Assembly (NCBI GenBank): GCA_963810725.1
Contig: CAWEOO010000001.1
Span: 155,157-219,156 of the forward strand
Direction of reading: 5' to 3'
Source: an uncultured Chloroflexia bacterium
Lineage (GTDB): Bacteria > Chloroflexota > Limnocylindria > Limnocylindrales > CSP1-4
Length of the DNA stretch: 64,000 nt
Position numbers and translations under genes: made by a program. Below, one piece after another: positions 28,098 through 39,067 of the stretch; the first letter of the stretch is position 1; each line of letters opens with the position of its first letter. A model generated the notes under the pieces. It did not search any database. It saw only the letters and a program-made list of their open reading frames with translations, and was not told the DNA's origin.

Positions 28098-29189
28098 GTG
28101 CTCCGTCCGACCGTCAGCCCGACTGCCCGAATGATGGCCGTGGCGGCCCTCGCCCTCATCTTTATCGTGGCCGCGGCAGTCGGCGCGTACGCGCACTGGA
28201 TCCTGTGGCACCCGATGGACGGCGTGATGGTCGTCCTCGCGGCCGGGGTCGCGCTGCTCGCTGCCGGTGTCATGGCGATCGCCTTGAGGGGCGGGGCCCG
28301 TCGCCTGGCCGTCTTGCCGCTCGTCGTGGGCGTGGGCCTCACGGCGGGTCAGGGCCTCGGCCCATCGCGCCCGGATCTGCAGCACGACGTTGGCACGATG
28401 ACGGTGACGCTCGAGCGGCCGAGGTCCACGACCAGCGTCGCGGGTCCGGCGACATGCGAGACAGTCGAGAGTGGCTCGGAACTCCAGGTGGAAGCCGCCT
28501 CCCGGCTCGATCTCCGCGAGGACGACCCGACCATTCCGGCCGACGTCGATCAGCGCGAGTTCGTCACGATCGGCCTCAGCGTCGGAGATCGGTGGCGCGA
28601 CACTGCGATCCACCGATCGGACGACGTCGATCTCGACGTCATCGTCGGCGGGGTCACAGAAGAGGTGCGCGAGGTGCGCCTCGGCGCCGACGACACTTCC
28701 CTCATGGAACTCGAGTGGACAAACGACGGTGGCAGCCTGCGGTTCGATCGCCTCGTCGTCGACCGTTCGGATGTCGCCGCCACAGGTGACCCGATCGACC
28801 TCGCGGGCACGATCACCTGGACCTGCCGCCTCGCAGAGCCGACACAGGCCGAGATCGAGTTCGCCGAGGAGGCGTGCGCGGACTCGACCTTCAGTCGCTG
28901 TCGGGATGACCTGCTGTTGACGATGCGACAAGCACCAGGCTCGCTGGTCGCGATCTGTGATCACGCCGATGGCGAAGGCGAGGTCGTGCCTCTCGAGCAG
29001 GCGAGCGATGCGGCAAGCCTGGTGCTCGGCCGACAACGAAGCCGGTTCAGGCCGAGTGGTCGATGTCGTTCGTCTGCCATAGCCGCTTTGCAGCAAAACG
29101 GGAGGCGGAGACCGGGCCGCCACGCGAGCATCGAGCACCGGGAGACCCGGCCATCGATAATGACGCCATGCCGCCGATCACCGAGCTGA
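28098..29189 (+). CDS. Membrane protein (3 N-terminal TM helices plus an extracytoplasmic domain), function unknown. The 3' end may shift frame near ~29030.
   Basis: TM segments: MMAVAALALIFIVAAAVGAY, VMVVLAAGVALLAAGVMAIAL, LAVLPLVVGVGL. The last ~50 aa as written are Arg-rich. The +1 frame gives ADNEAGSGRVVDVVRLP* ending at 29070. Confidence 0.5.
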   Translation: MLRPTVSPTARMMAVAALALIFIVAAAVGAYAHWILWHPMDGVMVVLAAGVALLAAGVMAIALRGGARRLAVLPLVVGVGLTAGQGLGPSRPDLQHDVGTMTVTLERPRSTTSVAGPATCETVESGSELQVEAASRLDLREDDPTIPADVDQREFVTIGLSVGDRWRDTAIHRSDDVDLDVIVGGVTEEVREVRLGADDTSLMELEWTNDGGSLRFDRLVVDRSDVAATGDPIDLAGTITWTCRLAEPTQAEIEFAEEACADSTFSRCRDDLLLTMRQAPGSLVAICDHADGEGEVVPLEQASDAASLVLGRQRSRFRPSGRCRSSAIAALQQNGRRRPGRHASIEHRETRPSIMTPCRRSPS

Positions 29190-29557
29190 CCCGCATCGAG
29201 CCCGTTCTCCTCGAGAAGCTCGAGCGCCAGGGCACCTTCACCACTGGCCTCCTGTTGGAGCGGTCCGAGACGGCGACCCGCCGCCAGTACCTCGCCGACC
29301 AGCTCGACGCGACGACCAATGATGTCGCCGCCTGGCGGGACGAGGCACTGATGCTCAACCTCGCGAGTTTCGGGCCGGACGATCACCAGCTCCTGATCCA
29401 GGCTGGCATCGAAGGCCTACGCGACATGCTTGACCTGCCCGCCGACCTCTTCCGAGCCCGGATCCAGCAGGCGGCGGTCGAGCTGAACGAGGAGCCGCCG
29501 ACCGACGCCACGATCGCCGGCTGGTGGGAGCAGGCTCGTACGCTCGAGGACGAGTAG
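29168..29557 (+). CDS. DUF4332-like protein
   Basis: MPPITELTRIEPVLLEKLERQGTFTTGLLLERSETATRRQYLADQLDATTNDVAAWRDEALMLNLASFG. The assignment comes from recalled family resemblance. Confidence 0.55.
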   Translation: MPPITELTRIEPVLLEKLERQGTFTTGLLLERSETATRRQYLADQLDATTNDVAAWRDEALMLNLASFGPDDHQLLIQAGIEGLRDMLDLPADLFRARIQQAAVELNEEPPTDATIAGWWEQARTLEDE

Positions 29558-29605
29558 CCGGTCCCGCCTCGCGGCGTTCACGTTGGAACGGACTACGATG
29601 ACCCG

Positions 29606-30337
29606 GTGCGTACCTTCCGCGGCGGGGCCGCGAACACGTTGATCGGCCTCGCGACGGGGCTCGCGATCGTGGCCGTGGCGCTGCCGCTCTTCCTCAACCC
29701 GCTGTGGGTCGCCTTCGAGCAGGGCCGGGCCGAGGCGACGGCTTGGACCGGCTTCTCGGAACCCGAGCTGCGCGCCGCCACGGATTCCATCCTCGCCGAC
29801 CTGGTCCTTGGCCCGCCCGACTTCGATGTCGCCGTCAACGGCGTGCCAGTCCTCAATGAGCGCGAACGTGGTCACATGCGGGACGTGCGCGGGGTGTTCA
29901 TCGGATTCTTCGCCATCGCGGCCGTCCTCGCCGCTGCGGCACTGGTGATCAACGCCCGGCGACACGGGACCGCGCGGGCGCACAGCTGGCGCGCCGTCCA
30001 AGGCGGGGCGCTCGCGCTGATCGCCGTGCTGATCCTGGGCGGCATCGTGTCGTTCGTCGCGTTCGACACCCTCTTCGAGACGTTCCATCGCATCTTCTTT
30101 TCAGGCGGCTCCTACACCTTCGATCCAGCCACGGAGCGGCTGGTGCAGCTCTTCCCGTTCCGCTTCTGGCAGGAGACCGCGATCGTGGTCGGGGCGGTCT
30201 GCATCGCCCTGGCGGCCATCGTGGCCGCTGTCGCCCATGAGATCGCCTCCGACGTCGACGCGGTCGTCAACGAGGCTGATGGCGAGCCGGCCGATGGGGC
30301 GACGACCTCGCTGAGTGCGACCGGATCCTCCCGATGA
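29606..30337 (+). CDS. Integral membrane protein, DUF1461 / TIGR01906-like
   Basis: Four TM helices. NERERGHMRDVRGVF and FETFHRIFFSGGSYTFDPATERLVQLFPFRFWQE. Confidence 0.65.
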   Translation: MRTFRGGAANTLIGLATGLAIVAVALPLFLNPLWVAFEQGRAEATAWTGFSEPELRAATDSILADLVLGPPDFDVAVNGVPVLNERERGHMRDVRGVFIGFFAIAAVLAAAALVINARRHGTARAHSWRAVQGGALALIAVLILGGIVSFVAFDTLFETFHRIFFSGGSYTFDPATERLVQLFPFRFWQETAIVVGAVCIALAAIVAAVAHEIASDVDAVVNEADGEPADGATTSLSATGSSR

Positions 30338-31482
30338 ATGCCCTGCCCATCGCGCGCCTGTTCGGCTTCGAGATCCGCGTCCACGTCTCGTGGGCGATCA
30401 TCCTCGCGGTCATCGGGGTGACGGCCGCAACCCAGGCCACGCTCATCGCTCCCGAGATCGGCACGACGGGCGGCTGGATCATCGGGGCCGTGGTCGCGGC
30501 CGCGTTCCTGCTCTCGGCCCTCGCCCACGAGCTCGGGCACGCGCTCGCGGCCCGCCACGTCGGGCTGCCGGGCGGCCCGGTCATCATCTACTTCTTCGGC
30601 GGCGCGGCCACGTCGCGACTCGAGACGACCCGACCGCGCGACGAGGTCCTTGTGGCGGTCGCCGGTCCGATCGTCAGCCTGGTGGCCGGTGCCGGCCTCA
30701 TGGTGATCGCCCTTGGCGGGGAGCTCGCCGCGAGCGGGGCGCCCTTCGTGATCGGGCGCGTCGCGCTGGTCATCGGTGTCATGAACCTCCTGCTCGGCGG
30801 GGTCAATCTGCTGCCGGCCTTCCCGCTCGATGGCGGCCGCATCGTCCGCGGCCTGGCGTGGGCCCGAACGGGCGATTCGTCGCGGGCCCTGAGCATCGCG
30901 GCCTCGTCCGGGCGGTACCTCGGGATCCTGTTCGCGACCGCCGGGATCGTCGGCATCCTCATCGTCGATTCGCTCGACGGGCTGATGCTCGCAGTGTGCG
31001 GCTGGTTCATCGTCTCGAGCGCCAGCGCGATCGAACGCAGCGCCGCTGTGGACGTGATGCTCGAAGGCATCAGCGTGGCCGATGTGATGGACCACGACGT
31101 CTCCGGCATCCCGCCTGGCCTGACCCTGGATACGTTCGCCGCTCAGATCCTCGACGGATCCTCACAGCCGTCGGTCCCGGTCGTGCGTGGCCTAGACCTG
31201 CTCGGGATGGTCGGCGCGAAGCAGGTCCGGCGCATCCGACGCGACCGCTGGCCGAACACCCGCGCTGAGGACCTGATGATCAGCGGCGACGCCCTGCCGA
31301 GCGTCGGGCCGGAGACCTCGCTACGCGACGCGCTCGATCAATTCCATCGCAGCGGGCTCGATGGCCTGCCGGTCCTCGAGGCGGGCGCCCTGACCGGGAT
31401 CGTGACGCGCCGAGCCGTCATCAAGGCGCTCGCCGAAGCCGGCCGCGACCGCCTGCGGACCGGAGGCGCCCCAGCCTCGTGA
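30334..31482 (+). CDS. Site-2 protease family (M50) metalloprotease with C-terminal CBS domains
   Basis: ATGA overlap with the upstream stop. HELGHALAA. NLLPAFPLDGGRIV. CBS-like segments: VADVMDHDVSGIP..LLGMV and GLPVLEAGALTGIVT. Confidence 0.85.
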   Translation: MNALPIARLFGFEIRVHVSWAIILAVIGVTAATQATLIAPEIGTTGGWIIGAVVAAAFLLSALAHELGHALAARHVGLPGGPVIIYFFGGAATSRLETTRPRDEVLVAVAGPIVSLVAGAGLMVIALGGELAASGAPFVIGRVALVIGVMNLLLGGVNLLPAFPLDGGRIVRGLAWARTGDSSRALSIAASSGRYLGILFATAGIVGILIVDSLDGLMLAVCGWFIVSSASAIERSAAVDVMLEGISVADVMDHDVSGIPPGLTLDTFAAQILDGSSQPSVPVVRGLDLLGMVGAKQVRRIRRDRWPNTRAEDLMISGDALPSVGPETSLRDALDQFHRSGLDGLPVLEAGALTGIVTRRAVIKALAEAGRDRLRTGGAPAS

Positions 31483-32842
31483 GCGCCGACTCGCTCCTCA
31501 GCGTCGAGGAGGCTCGCGACGCGGTGTTCGCGACGATCGCCGGCCCGACGCCGGCCGAGGTGGCCTGGCTCATGGAGGCCCGCGGCCGGGTGGTCGCCGA
31601 GCCCGTCACGAGCCCGATCGCGTTGCCGCCCTGGGACAACTCCGCGATGGACGGCTACGCCATCCGAGCCGCCGACGTCGAGAGGGCGACCGAGGACGGA
31701 CCCACCCGTCTCGACGTGATCGGCGAGGTCCGTGCGGGCCAGGCGCCCGACATCACGGTCCGCCGCGGGACGGCCGTGCGGATCGCCACCGGTGCCCCCG
31801 TGCCACCGGGTGCAGACGCCGTGGTGCCGGTCGAGGGCACCACGCCACTGGACGCCGCTGGCACGCCCGCCGGCCCCAGGGGTCGGGACGCCACCGGCCC
31901 GTTGCCCGCCGCGATCCTCGTCCACACGGCGTCCCCGGTCGGTGGCTCCATCCGGCGGGCCGGGAGCGATCTCGGTACGGGAACGCAGATCCTCGCCGCC
32001 GGCACCGTCCTCACGCCGGCCGCGATCGGCCTGGCGGCAGGGGTCGGGCTCGATCGAGCTCCAGGTCCATCGCCGTCCGATCGTCGGGATCCTCACGACG
32101 GGCGACGAGGTGCGGGCGCCCGGCCGGGAACTGGGTACTGCCGGCATCCCGGACGCCAACGGTCCGGGCCTGGTGGCGCTCGTGGAGGCGGCCGGTGGAG
32201 ATCCGCGCGTTCTGGGCATCGCCAGGGACCAACTGGACGACGTCAAGGGCCGGATCTGCGCCGGCCTCCTCGAGGGCGCGGAGGCGCTGATCGTGTCTGG
32301 GGGCGTCTCGGTGGGGCCGTACGACGTCGTCAGGGCCGCGTTCGAGGCATTCGGGACGGTGGACCTGTGGCGGGTCGCCGTCCAGCCCGGGAAGCCGTTC
32401 GCGTTCGGGACCGGCCGCGCACCCGGCGACGACGGGACGGGCGACCGACCGCCGACCCTGATGTTCGGGCTGCCCGGCAATCCCGTCTCGACCTTCGTGA
32501 CGTTCGAGCTGTTCGTCCGGCCCGCCATCCGCCGCCTCGGCGGCCACCGCGACGACGACTTGTTCCGACCGATCGACCGAGCCGTCCTCGCCGATCCCGT
32601 CTCGAAGAGCAGTGGCCGGCGGGCGTTCGTCCGCGTCACGGTGGAGCGCGACGGGACGGGCACACCGCAGCGTGACGATCACGGCCGCGTGCGTGCGAGC
32701 CTGGCCGGCGGCGCCGGCGGGCAGGGGAGCCACGTCCTGTCGGCGCTCGCGACGGCCGATGCGCTCGCCGTCATCCCCGAAGTCGGACGATGCGCTCCCA
32801 GCGGGGTCCGACGTCGCCATCTGGTGGCTCGATCGGGCCTGA
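31479..32842 (+). pseudogene. moeA: Molybdopterin molybdenumtransferase MoeA, with two frame changes (~32052 and ~32781)
   Basis: Frame 0: LPPWDNSAMDGYAIRA..RIATGAPVPPGADAVV. Frame 1: RRPIVGILTTGDEV..IPDANGPGL..VSGGVSVGPYDVV..VAVQPGKPFAFG..GLPGNPVSTFVTFELFVRP. Frame 2: DDALPAGSDVAIWWLDRA*. Confidence 0.85.
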
Positions 32843-32885
32843 CGCCCTCCCGGGCGGTGGTCATGCCCGCTATCCTCGGGTCGTG

Positions 32886-33530
32886 ATGGACCCCAAGGCC
32901 GGCCGGTCGCTCGCCCCACGCTCGGAGCGGCGCCGCCTCACCCACGTCGATCGGGGCGGCCGGCCGCGCATGGTCGACGTGTCGGCCAAGCCCATCACCG
33001 CGCGACGGGCCGTCGCGGAGGCGACGGTCTCGATGTCGGCGGAGACGCTCAGCCTCGTCATCGATGGCGGCGGGCCCAAGGGTGACGTGCTCGGCGTGGC
33101 GGAGCTCGCCGGGGTCATGGGCGGCAAGAAGACGAGTGAGCTCATCCCCCTCTGCCACCCGTTGGCGCTGACCGACCTCCAGGTCTCGATCACGCCGGAG
33201 CGGGCCGGCGGCCTGCTGCGGATCCGGGCCGAGGCCGCAACGACCGGCCAGACCGGCGTGGAGATGGAGGCCATGACGGCCGCGTCGGTGGCCGCGCTGA
33301 CCGTGTACGACATGGTCAAGGGCGTCGAGCGCGGCGTCACGATCAGTGCCGTTCGGCTCATCGCCAAGAGCGGCGGCAAGAGCGGCGACTGGGTGCGCCA
33401 CGACCCGCCTGGGTCGGGGTCGGGGGCGGATGGGCCGGCGACGCCTGCCTATCAGCCGGGGGCGCGGGCGGCCGGCCGGATCGCCAAGCCGCCGCGAGGG
33501 GGAGGCCGTGGAGGCAGGCGGACGGGATGA
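32886..33530 (+). CDS. moaC: Cyclic pyranopterin monophosphate synthase MoaC
   Basis: LTHVDRGGRPRMVDVSAKP..KGDVLGVAELAGVMGGKKTSELIPLCHPL..GVEMEAMTAASVAALTVYDMVKG. Confidence 0.9.
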   Translation: MDPKAGRSLAPRSERRRLTHVDRGGRPRMVDVSAKPITARRAVAEATVSMSAETLSLVIDGGGPKGDVLGVAELAGVMGGKKTSELIPLCHPLALTDLQVSITPERAGGLLRIRAEAATTGQTGVEMEAMTAASVAALTVYDMVKGVERGVTISAVRLIAKSGGKSGDWVRHDPPGSGSGADGPATPAYQPGARAAGRIAKPPRGGGRGGRRTG

Positions 33531-34021
33531 AACGGGCCGTGGTGATCACCGCGAGCGACAAGGTCAGCGAAGGGGTCCGCGAGGACACCTCCGGGGTCGG
33601 GGTGGGGGAGCGACTCGAGGCTCTGGGCTACACCGTCCAGCGCGCGGTCCTGCCGGATGAGCAGGAGATGCTGACCGAAGTCCTGCGCACCACCGCCGAG
33701 ACGCACGACCTCATCGTCACGACCGGGGGCACCGGACTGACGCCACGCGACGTGACGCCACAGGCCACGAAGGCCGCGATCGACTACGAGGTGCCGGGTA
33801 TCGCCGAGGCCATGCGCGCGGCGGGCCGCCTCAGCACGCCGTACGCGGACCTGTCGCGCAGCGTCGTCGGGGTCATCGGCCGGACGCTCGTGGTCAACCT
33901 GCCCGGCAGCCCGCGGGGAGCCATGGAGTCGCTGGCGGCCATCGAAGGCGTGCTCGACCACGCCGTCGAAACGCTGGCGGGACCACACGACCACGACGAA
34001 GGCCAGGACCCGACCGCGTGA
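33527..34021 (+). CDS. mog: MogA/MoaB-family molybdenum cofactor biosynthesis protein
   Basis: ATGA overlap with the moaC stop. AVVITASDK..DLIVTTGGTGLTPRDVTPQAT..VPGIAEAMR..VVNLPGSPRGA. Confidence 0.85.
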   Translation: MKRAVVITASDKVSEGVREDTSGVGVGERLEALGYTVQRAVLPDEQEMLTEVLRTTAETHDLIVTTGGTGLTPRDVTPQATKAAIDYEVPGIAEAMRAAGRLSTPYADLSRSVVGVIGRTLVVNLPGSPRGAMESLAAIEGVLDHAVETLAGPHDHDEGQDPTA

Positions 34022-36160
34022 CGCTCTTCGGCCCGTTCGCCGAGGTCCCGTTCTACCCGCTCGTGTTCCCGCTGTTCTGGGGCGCGGTCGTCTTCTTCTG
34101 TCTCGCGATGGCCCGGCACCTGCGGGTGTTCGCCGCGGTCCGTGCGGAGGGCCCGAGCCCCTTCGCCGACGTCCCGCGCCGGTTCGTTGGGCTCATCCGC
34201 TATGCGTTCATCCAGACCAAGATGTTCAAGGATGTCCGGGCCGGCCTGATGCACGCCGGCATCTTCTGGGGCTTCGTGCTGCTGACGATCGGGACCGCCA
34301 ACGTCGTCACCGGCGGGATCATCGAGGAGATCCTCTCGCTCCCGTTCGACGGGCTCCTGTGGACGCTCGTCAGCGCGATGCAGAACGTCGTCGCGGTCCT
34401 CGTGCTGCTGTCGATCGGCTGGGCCTTCTTCCGGCGGCTCGTGACGAAGCCGCGGCGCCTGACGTTCAACCGTGACGCGCTCGTCATCCTGGGCATGATC
34501 GGCGGGGTCGTGGCGACGGAGCTCCTCGCGGAGGCGTTCGAGTTCGCGGCCCATGGCGATGAGCCTGGGGCGTTCGTGTCCGCGGCGCTGGCCGGGCCAT
34601 TGCGCGCGTCGTTCTCGCCCGAAACGCTCCAGACGCTGTTCGCGGTCCTGTGGTGGGCGCACATCGGGCTCGTGGCGGCCTTCCTGTGCTACCTGCCGTT
34701 CTCGAAGCACCTGCACATCGCCACGAGCTTCCCGAACATCTGGTTCCGCAAGCTCGCCCCGCGCGGGGAGCTGCCGAAGATGGATCTCGAGGACGAGAAC
34801 GCCACGTTCGGCCTCAAGACCCTGCAGGATCTCGGCTGGAAGGATCTGCTCGACGGCTTCACCTGCACCGAATGCGGGCGCTGCCAGGAAGCCTGCCCGG
34901 CCCACGCCACCGGGAAGCCGCTCAATCCCAAGACCTTCATCATGGGCATCCGCGACATGTCGGTCGACGCGGAGGCGGGGCTCAACCTCATCCCGAACTC
35001 CCCCATCGTGCGCGAGACGTACGGGCTGGACGATGCGCGGCCCGCGGCGGCCGCCCTGGCCGAGCCGATCGTCGACACCGCCATCCCCTACGACGCGGTC
35101 TGGGACTGCGTCACGTGCGGCGCCTGCGTCGAGGCGTGCCCCGTGCTCATCGAGCACGTCGACAAGATCGTCGGGCTGCGCCGCAACCTGGTCCTCGAGG
35201 ACTCGCGCTTCCCGCAGGAGCTGACGCACGGCCTTCCGGGCGATGGAGGGCCAGGGCAACCCGTGGGGCCAGCCGGCCTCGACGCGGCTCGACTGGACGA
35301 AGCCGCTGCCATTCGAGGTGCGGACCGTGGCGGCGGTATCGGCGGCCGGCGAGCTGGACGGGCTCGAGGTCCTGTACTGGGTCGGCTGCGCGGCGGCGTT
35401 CGATCCGCGTAACCAGAAGGTCGCCCAAGCGGTCGCGACGTGCCTGCATGCCGCGGGCGTCTCGTTTGCCGTGCTCGGGCAGGAGGAGTCGTGCACCGGC
35501 GACCCCGCCCGGCGGATGGGCAACGACTACGTCTTCCAGATGCTGGCGGGGGCCGCCGTCGACACGCTCAACCGCTACCGGATGGGGGAGCGGACGATCG
35601 TGACCGCCTGCCCGCACTGCTTCAACACGATCGGCAACGAGTACGGCCAGCTGGGCGGCGAGTTCCGGATCGTGCACCACAGCCAGTTCCTGGCGGAGCT
35701 CGTGGCAGTCCGGGCGGCCTCGCGACCCTGCCGGAGGACGCCACGTCGGAGACCGGCGACCACCGGCCGGGCAGCGTGACGGTCCACGACTCGTGCTACC
35801 TCGCCCGCTACAACGGCGTGACGATGGCGCCCCGCGACGTGCTCGGCGCGGCCGGCGCCGACATCGTCGAGATGGAAAAGTCGTTCGAGAACACGTTCTG
35901 CTGTGGCGCCGGGCGGCGGGCGGATGTGGATGGAGGAGACGCGCGGCACGCGGATCAACGCCGAGCGGACCCGCCAGGTGCTGGAAACCGGTGCCTCGAC
36001 GGTCGCGACGGCCTGTCCGTTCTGCATGGTCATGCTCTCGGATGGTCTCGCCGCCGCGGAGGGCGGCGCCGGCGAAGGAGTGGCCGCGCTCGACGTCAGC
36101 GAGGTGCTGGCGGCGCGGCTGGCGAGTGTGCCGGAGGACCGCCGCCTGCCCGTCGTGTAG
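34018..36160 (+). pseudogene. Membrane-bound Fe-S oxidoreductase (HdrD/GlpC-like with CCG domains; resembles mycobacterial EtfD), with three frame changes (~35231, ~35710, ~35905)
   Basis: N-terminal TM helices. 4Fe-4S motifs: CTECGRCQEACP and CVTCGACVEACP. Then [36 protein letters not shown] | [20 protein letters not shown] | [18 protein letters not shown], in successive frames. Confidence 0.8.
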
Positions 36161-36184
36161 GTGCGCCTGGGCGCGGCGCAACCG

Positions 36185-36545
36185 TCAGAGCGTCGCGAGG
36201 TTGGAGACGCCGCCCGTGAATCCCGCGACCACGGCGGCGACCGTCACCACGGCGGCCAGGCTCAGGCTCTGCTCGGCGCGTCGGGTGTCCGGCCAGGAGG
36301 ACCACGATCGAGCCGACGAGCAGCACGAGTGCGAGCTTCGCGACGACGACCAGCACCATGCCCCAATCGGCGAAGCCCTGCGCCACGATCGGGTTGACTT
36401 CCGCCGCGATGCCGTGACGGCCGACCATCAGCGAGAACGTGCCGAGATCGAAGAACTGGGCCGCGAACAACGCGGCCAGCCGGAAGCGCACGACCCCGAC
36501 CCGGACCGGACGGATCACATGGCTGGCGCGCCGGCGCATCGACAC
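36185..36545 (-). pseudogene. Small multi-TM membrane protein of unknown function, with a frame change near ~36290
   Basis: AALFAAQFFDLGTFSLMV..MVLVVVAKLALVLLVGSIVVLLAG. A shifted frame then gives [29 protein letters not shown] ending at 36185. Confidence 0.5.
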
Positions 36546-36735
36546 TCCCGGAGTGCGACGGGCCGGGTTCGCCAGTAGCTCGGCTCGGTCTCAGGCGGCC
36601 ATGTTCGATAGACCGAGCGTCAGATGCTGCCCGCTGGCGCCATCATGCTCCGCGACGGTGGATCGCGCCATCGCGCCGCGGACCCGGCACGCTGCGAGGG
36701 CGTTACAGCCAGGCGCGAGCTTCCGGCGCGAGCCC

Positions 36736-36960
36736 CTAGCCCGGCAGCCGCTTCCCGCAGTTGGAGCAGGTGTCGTCGGTCACGAGGTTGCCCATCCCGC
36801 ACGAGGGACAGCGTTTCATCCCCTCCGTGGCGACGGCAAAGGGCGTTTCACGGGTCGCTTCCTCGGTCGTGACGCGATCGCGGCGCAGGATGAGCACCAC
36901 CGCGGCGATGCCCAGGGCGGCAACGAGGACGAGGGCCAGGATCTGGGTGGTCTGGTCCAT
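36736..36960 (-). CDS. Small membrane-anchored zinc-ribbon protein
   Basis: MDQTTQILALVLVAALGIAAVVLIL (TM helix), followed by CPSCG..x(10)..CSNCG. Confidence 0.6.
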   Translation of the reverse strand: MDQTTQILALVLVAALGIAAVVLILRRDRVTTEEATRETPFAVATEGMKRCPSCGMGNLVTDDTCSNCGKRLPG

Positions 36961-37053
36961 GGTCAGTCTCCCGCCAACTGGAGCCGTGCCCCCGGGCCCG
37001 GCTCGCCGACGTCGCGTAAGCCTACGACGCCCTAGGGGCCCAGCGCCGGTCCG

Positions 37054-38250
37054 GTGCGCGGTACGATGCCTTCGGTGACCACCGCGAACCGCGCCACCGG
37101 GCCGTTCCGCCTCACGGAAGAGCACGAGATGCTCCGCGACGCCGTCCGCGTGCTCGCGGACGAGCAGGTGGCCCCCCGCGCGGCCGACATCGACCGGACC
37201 GCCGAGTTCCCCGAGGACCTTCGGCGGCTGCTGGCCGACCACGACATCCTCGCGCTCCCGTTCCCGGAAGAACACGGCGGCATCGGCGGGGAGTTGCTGA
37301 GCGTCTGTCTCGCCGTCGAGCAGCTCAGCCGGGCGTGCGCCACGACCGGCCTGATCCTCGCTGTCCAGGAGCTGGGCTCGCTCCCGATCACCCTGGCGGG
37401 CACGGACGAGCAGAAAGCCAAGTGGTTCCCGAAGCTGGCCAGCGGCGAGCACCTCATCGCGTTCGCCCTGACCGAGGCCGAAGCCGGTTCGGACGTCGCC
37501 GCGACAAGGACGCGGGCCGTGCGCGACGGTGACGACTACGTCATCGATGGCGCCAAGCGGTTCATCAGCCACGGCTCGGTCGCCGATCTCATCGTCGTCT
37601 TCGCCGCCACGGCCCCCGAGGCGGACCGCCATCGACGCCTGTCGGCGTTCGTCGTCGAGGTCCCGACGGATGGGTTCGCCGTCACGCGGATCGAGCACAA
37701 GATGGGCCTGCGCGGCAGCCCGACCGCCGAGCTCGCCTTCGACAAGGTCCGCGTGCCCGCGGCGAACCTCCTCGGCGAGGAAGGCGACGGCTTCGATATC
37801 GCGATGCGCACGCTCGACCGCAGCCGGCCGGGGATCGCGGCACAGGCCGTCGGCATCGCGCAGGGCGCCCTCGAGGTCGCGACCGCGTACGCCAGGGACC
37901 GCAAGCAGTTCGGCCAGCGGATCGGCGACTTCCAGATGATCGGCGCGATGCTGGCCGACATGGACGCCGGAACCGAGGCCGCGCGCCAGCTGCTGTACAA
38001 GGCCTGCGTGGAGATCGACGCTGGTGCCGCGGACGCCAGTCGATGGTCGGCCGTGTGTAAACTCGTGGCCGGTGACAACGCCATGCGGGTCACGACCGAC
38101 GCCGTCCAGGTCCTGGGCGGTTATGGCTATATCGATGAGTTCCCGGTCGAGCGGATGATGCGCGACGCGAAGATCACCCAGCTGTACGAGGGGACGCAGC
38201 AGATCCAACGCCTGGTCATCGCACGGGCACTGCTCGGCAAGAGCGGCTGA
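37054..38250 (+). CDS. Acyl-CoA dehydrogenase
   Basis: FALTEAEAGSDVA..RFISHG..KMGLRGSPTAEL..DRSRPGIAAQAVGIAQGAL..YARDRKQFGQ..QVLGGYGYIDEFPVERMMRDAKITQLYEGTQQIQR. Start may instead be ATG 37066. Confidence 0.9.
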   Translation: MRGTMPSVTTANRATGPFRLTEEHEMLRDAVRVLADEQVAPRAADIDRTAEFPEDLRRLLADHDILALPFPEEHGGIGGELLSVCLAVEQLSRACATTGLILAVQELGSLPITLAGTDEQKAKWFPKLASGEHLIAFALTEAEAGSDVAATRTRAVRDGDDYVIDGAKRFISHGSVADLIVVFAATAPEADRHRRLSAFVVEVPTDGFAVTRIEHKMGLRGSPTAELAFDKVRVPAANLLGEEGDGFDIAMRTLDRSRPGIAAQAVGIAQGALEVATAYARDRKQFGQRIGDFQMIGAMLADMDAGTEAARQLLYKACVEIDAGAADASRWSAVCKLVAGDNAMRVTTDAVQVLGGYGYIDEFPVERMMRDAKITQLYEGTQQIQRLVIARALLGKSG

Positions 38251-38275
38251 CCGGGGCGGGGAGGTCCAACAGCTC

Positions 38276-39067
38276 GTGCGCATCGTCGTCCTCACCAAAC
38301 CGGTTCCTGACCCGGCGTCGGGTGGCGAACGCATCGGCGCCGACGGGCGCCTGGACCGGACTAACAGCCCGGCCGTCGTCAATGGCAATGACGAGTACGT
38401 CCTCGAGAAGGCGCTCAAGCTCGTCGAGGCGGCCGGCGAGGGTGAGGTGATCCTCCTCACCATGGCGCCGGCGACCGCGCCCGAGACGATGCGCAAGGCG
38501 CTGGCCATGGGGGCGACGCGCGGCGTACTCGTGACCGATCCGGCCATCGGCGGCTCATGCACGGTCGCCACGACCCGGATCCTGGCGGCCGCGCTCAAGA
38601 CCCTCGAATTCGATCTCGTGCTCGCCGGCGTCGACACGTCGGACGGTGGCGCCGGGGTGGTGGCACCCGGCGTCGCGGCCCTGGCCGGGCTGCCGTACCT
38701 GTCCTACGCCGCGACGATCGAGCCGGACGCGGCTGCCGGCAAGGTCCGCGTCAACCGCATCACGCCATCGGGCTACGACGTGCTGGAGGCGCCGATGCCG
38801 GCCCTCATCAGCGGAACCCAGGCCCTTGGCGAGCCGCGCTACCCCTCGCTCAAGGGGATCATGGCCGCCCGCAACAAGGAGATCGCCACGCTGACCCTGG
38901 CCGACCTCGGGATCGATCCGGCGACCGTCGGCACGGCTGGCGCGACGACGACGGTCGTCGGCACGCGCGCACCCGAGCCACGCGCGGCGACCCGCGTGAT
39001 CCGCGAGGAACCCGACGAGGCGGCCCGCCAGGTCGTGACCCTCCTGGCCGAGCGGCGGCTCATCTGA
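38276..39067 (+). CDS. etfB: Electron transfer flavoprotein beta subunit
   Basis: RIVVLTKPVPD..VVNGNDEYVLEKALKL..VILLTMAP..DLVLAGVDTSDGG..LGEPRYPSLKGIMAARNKE. Confidence 0.9.
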   Translation: MRIVVLTKPVPDPASGGERIGADGRLDRTNSPAVVNGNDEYVLEKALKLVEAAGEGEVILLTMAPATAPETMRKALAMGATRGVLVTDPAIGGSCTVATTRILAAALKTLEFDLVLAGVDTSDGGAGVVAPGVAALAGLPYLSYAATIEPDAAAGKVRVNRITPSGYDVLEAPMPALISGTQALGEPRYPSLKGIMAARNKEIATLTLADLGIDPATVGTAGATTTVVGTRAPEPRAATRVIREEPDEAARQVVTLLAERRLI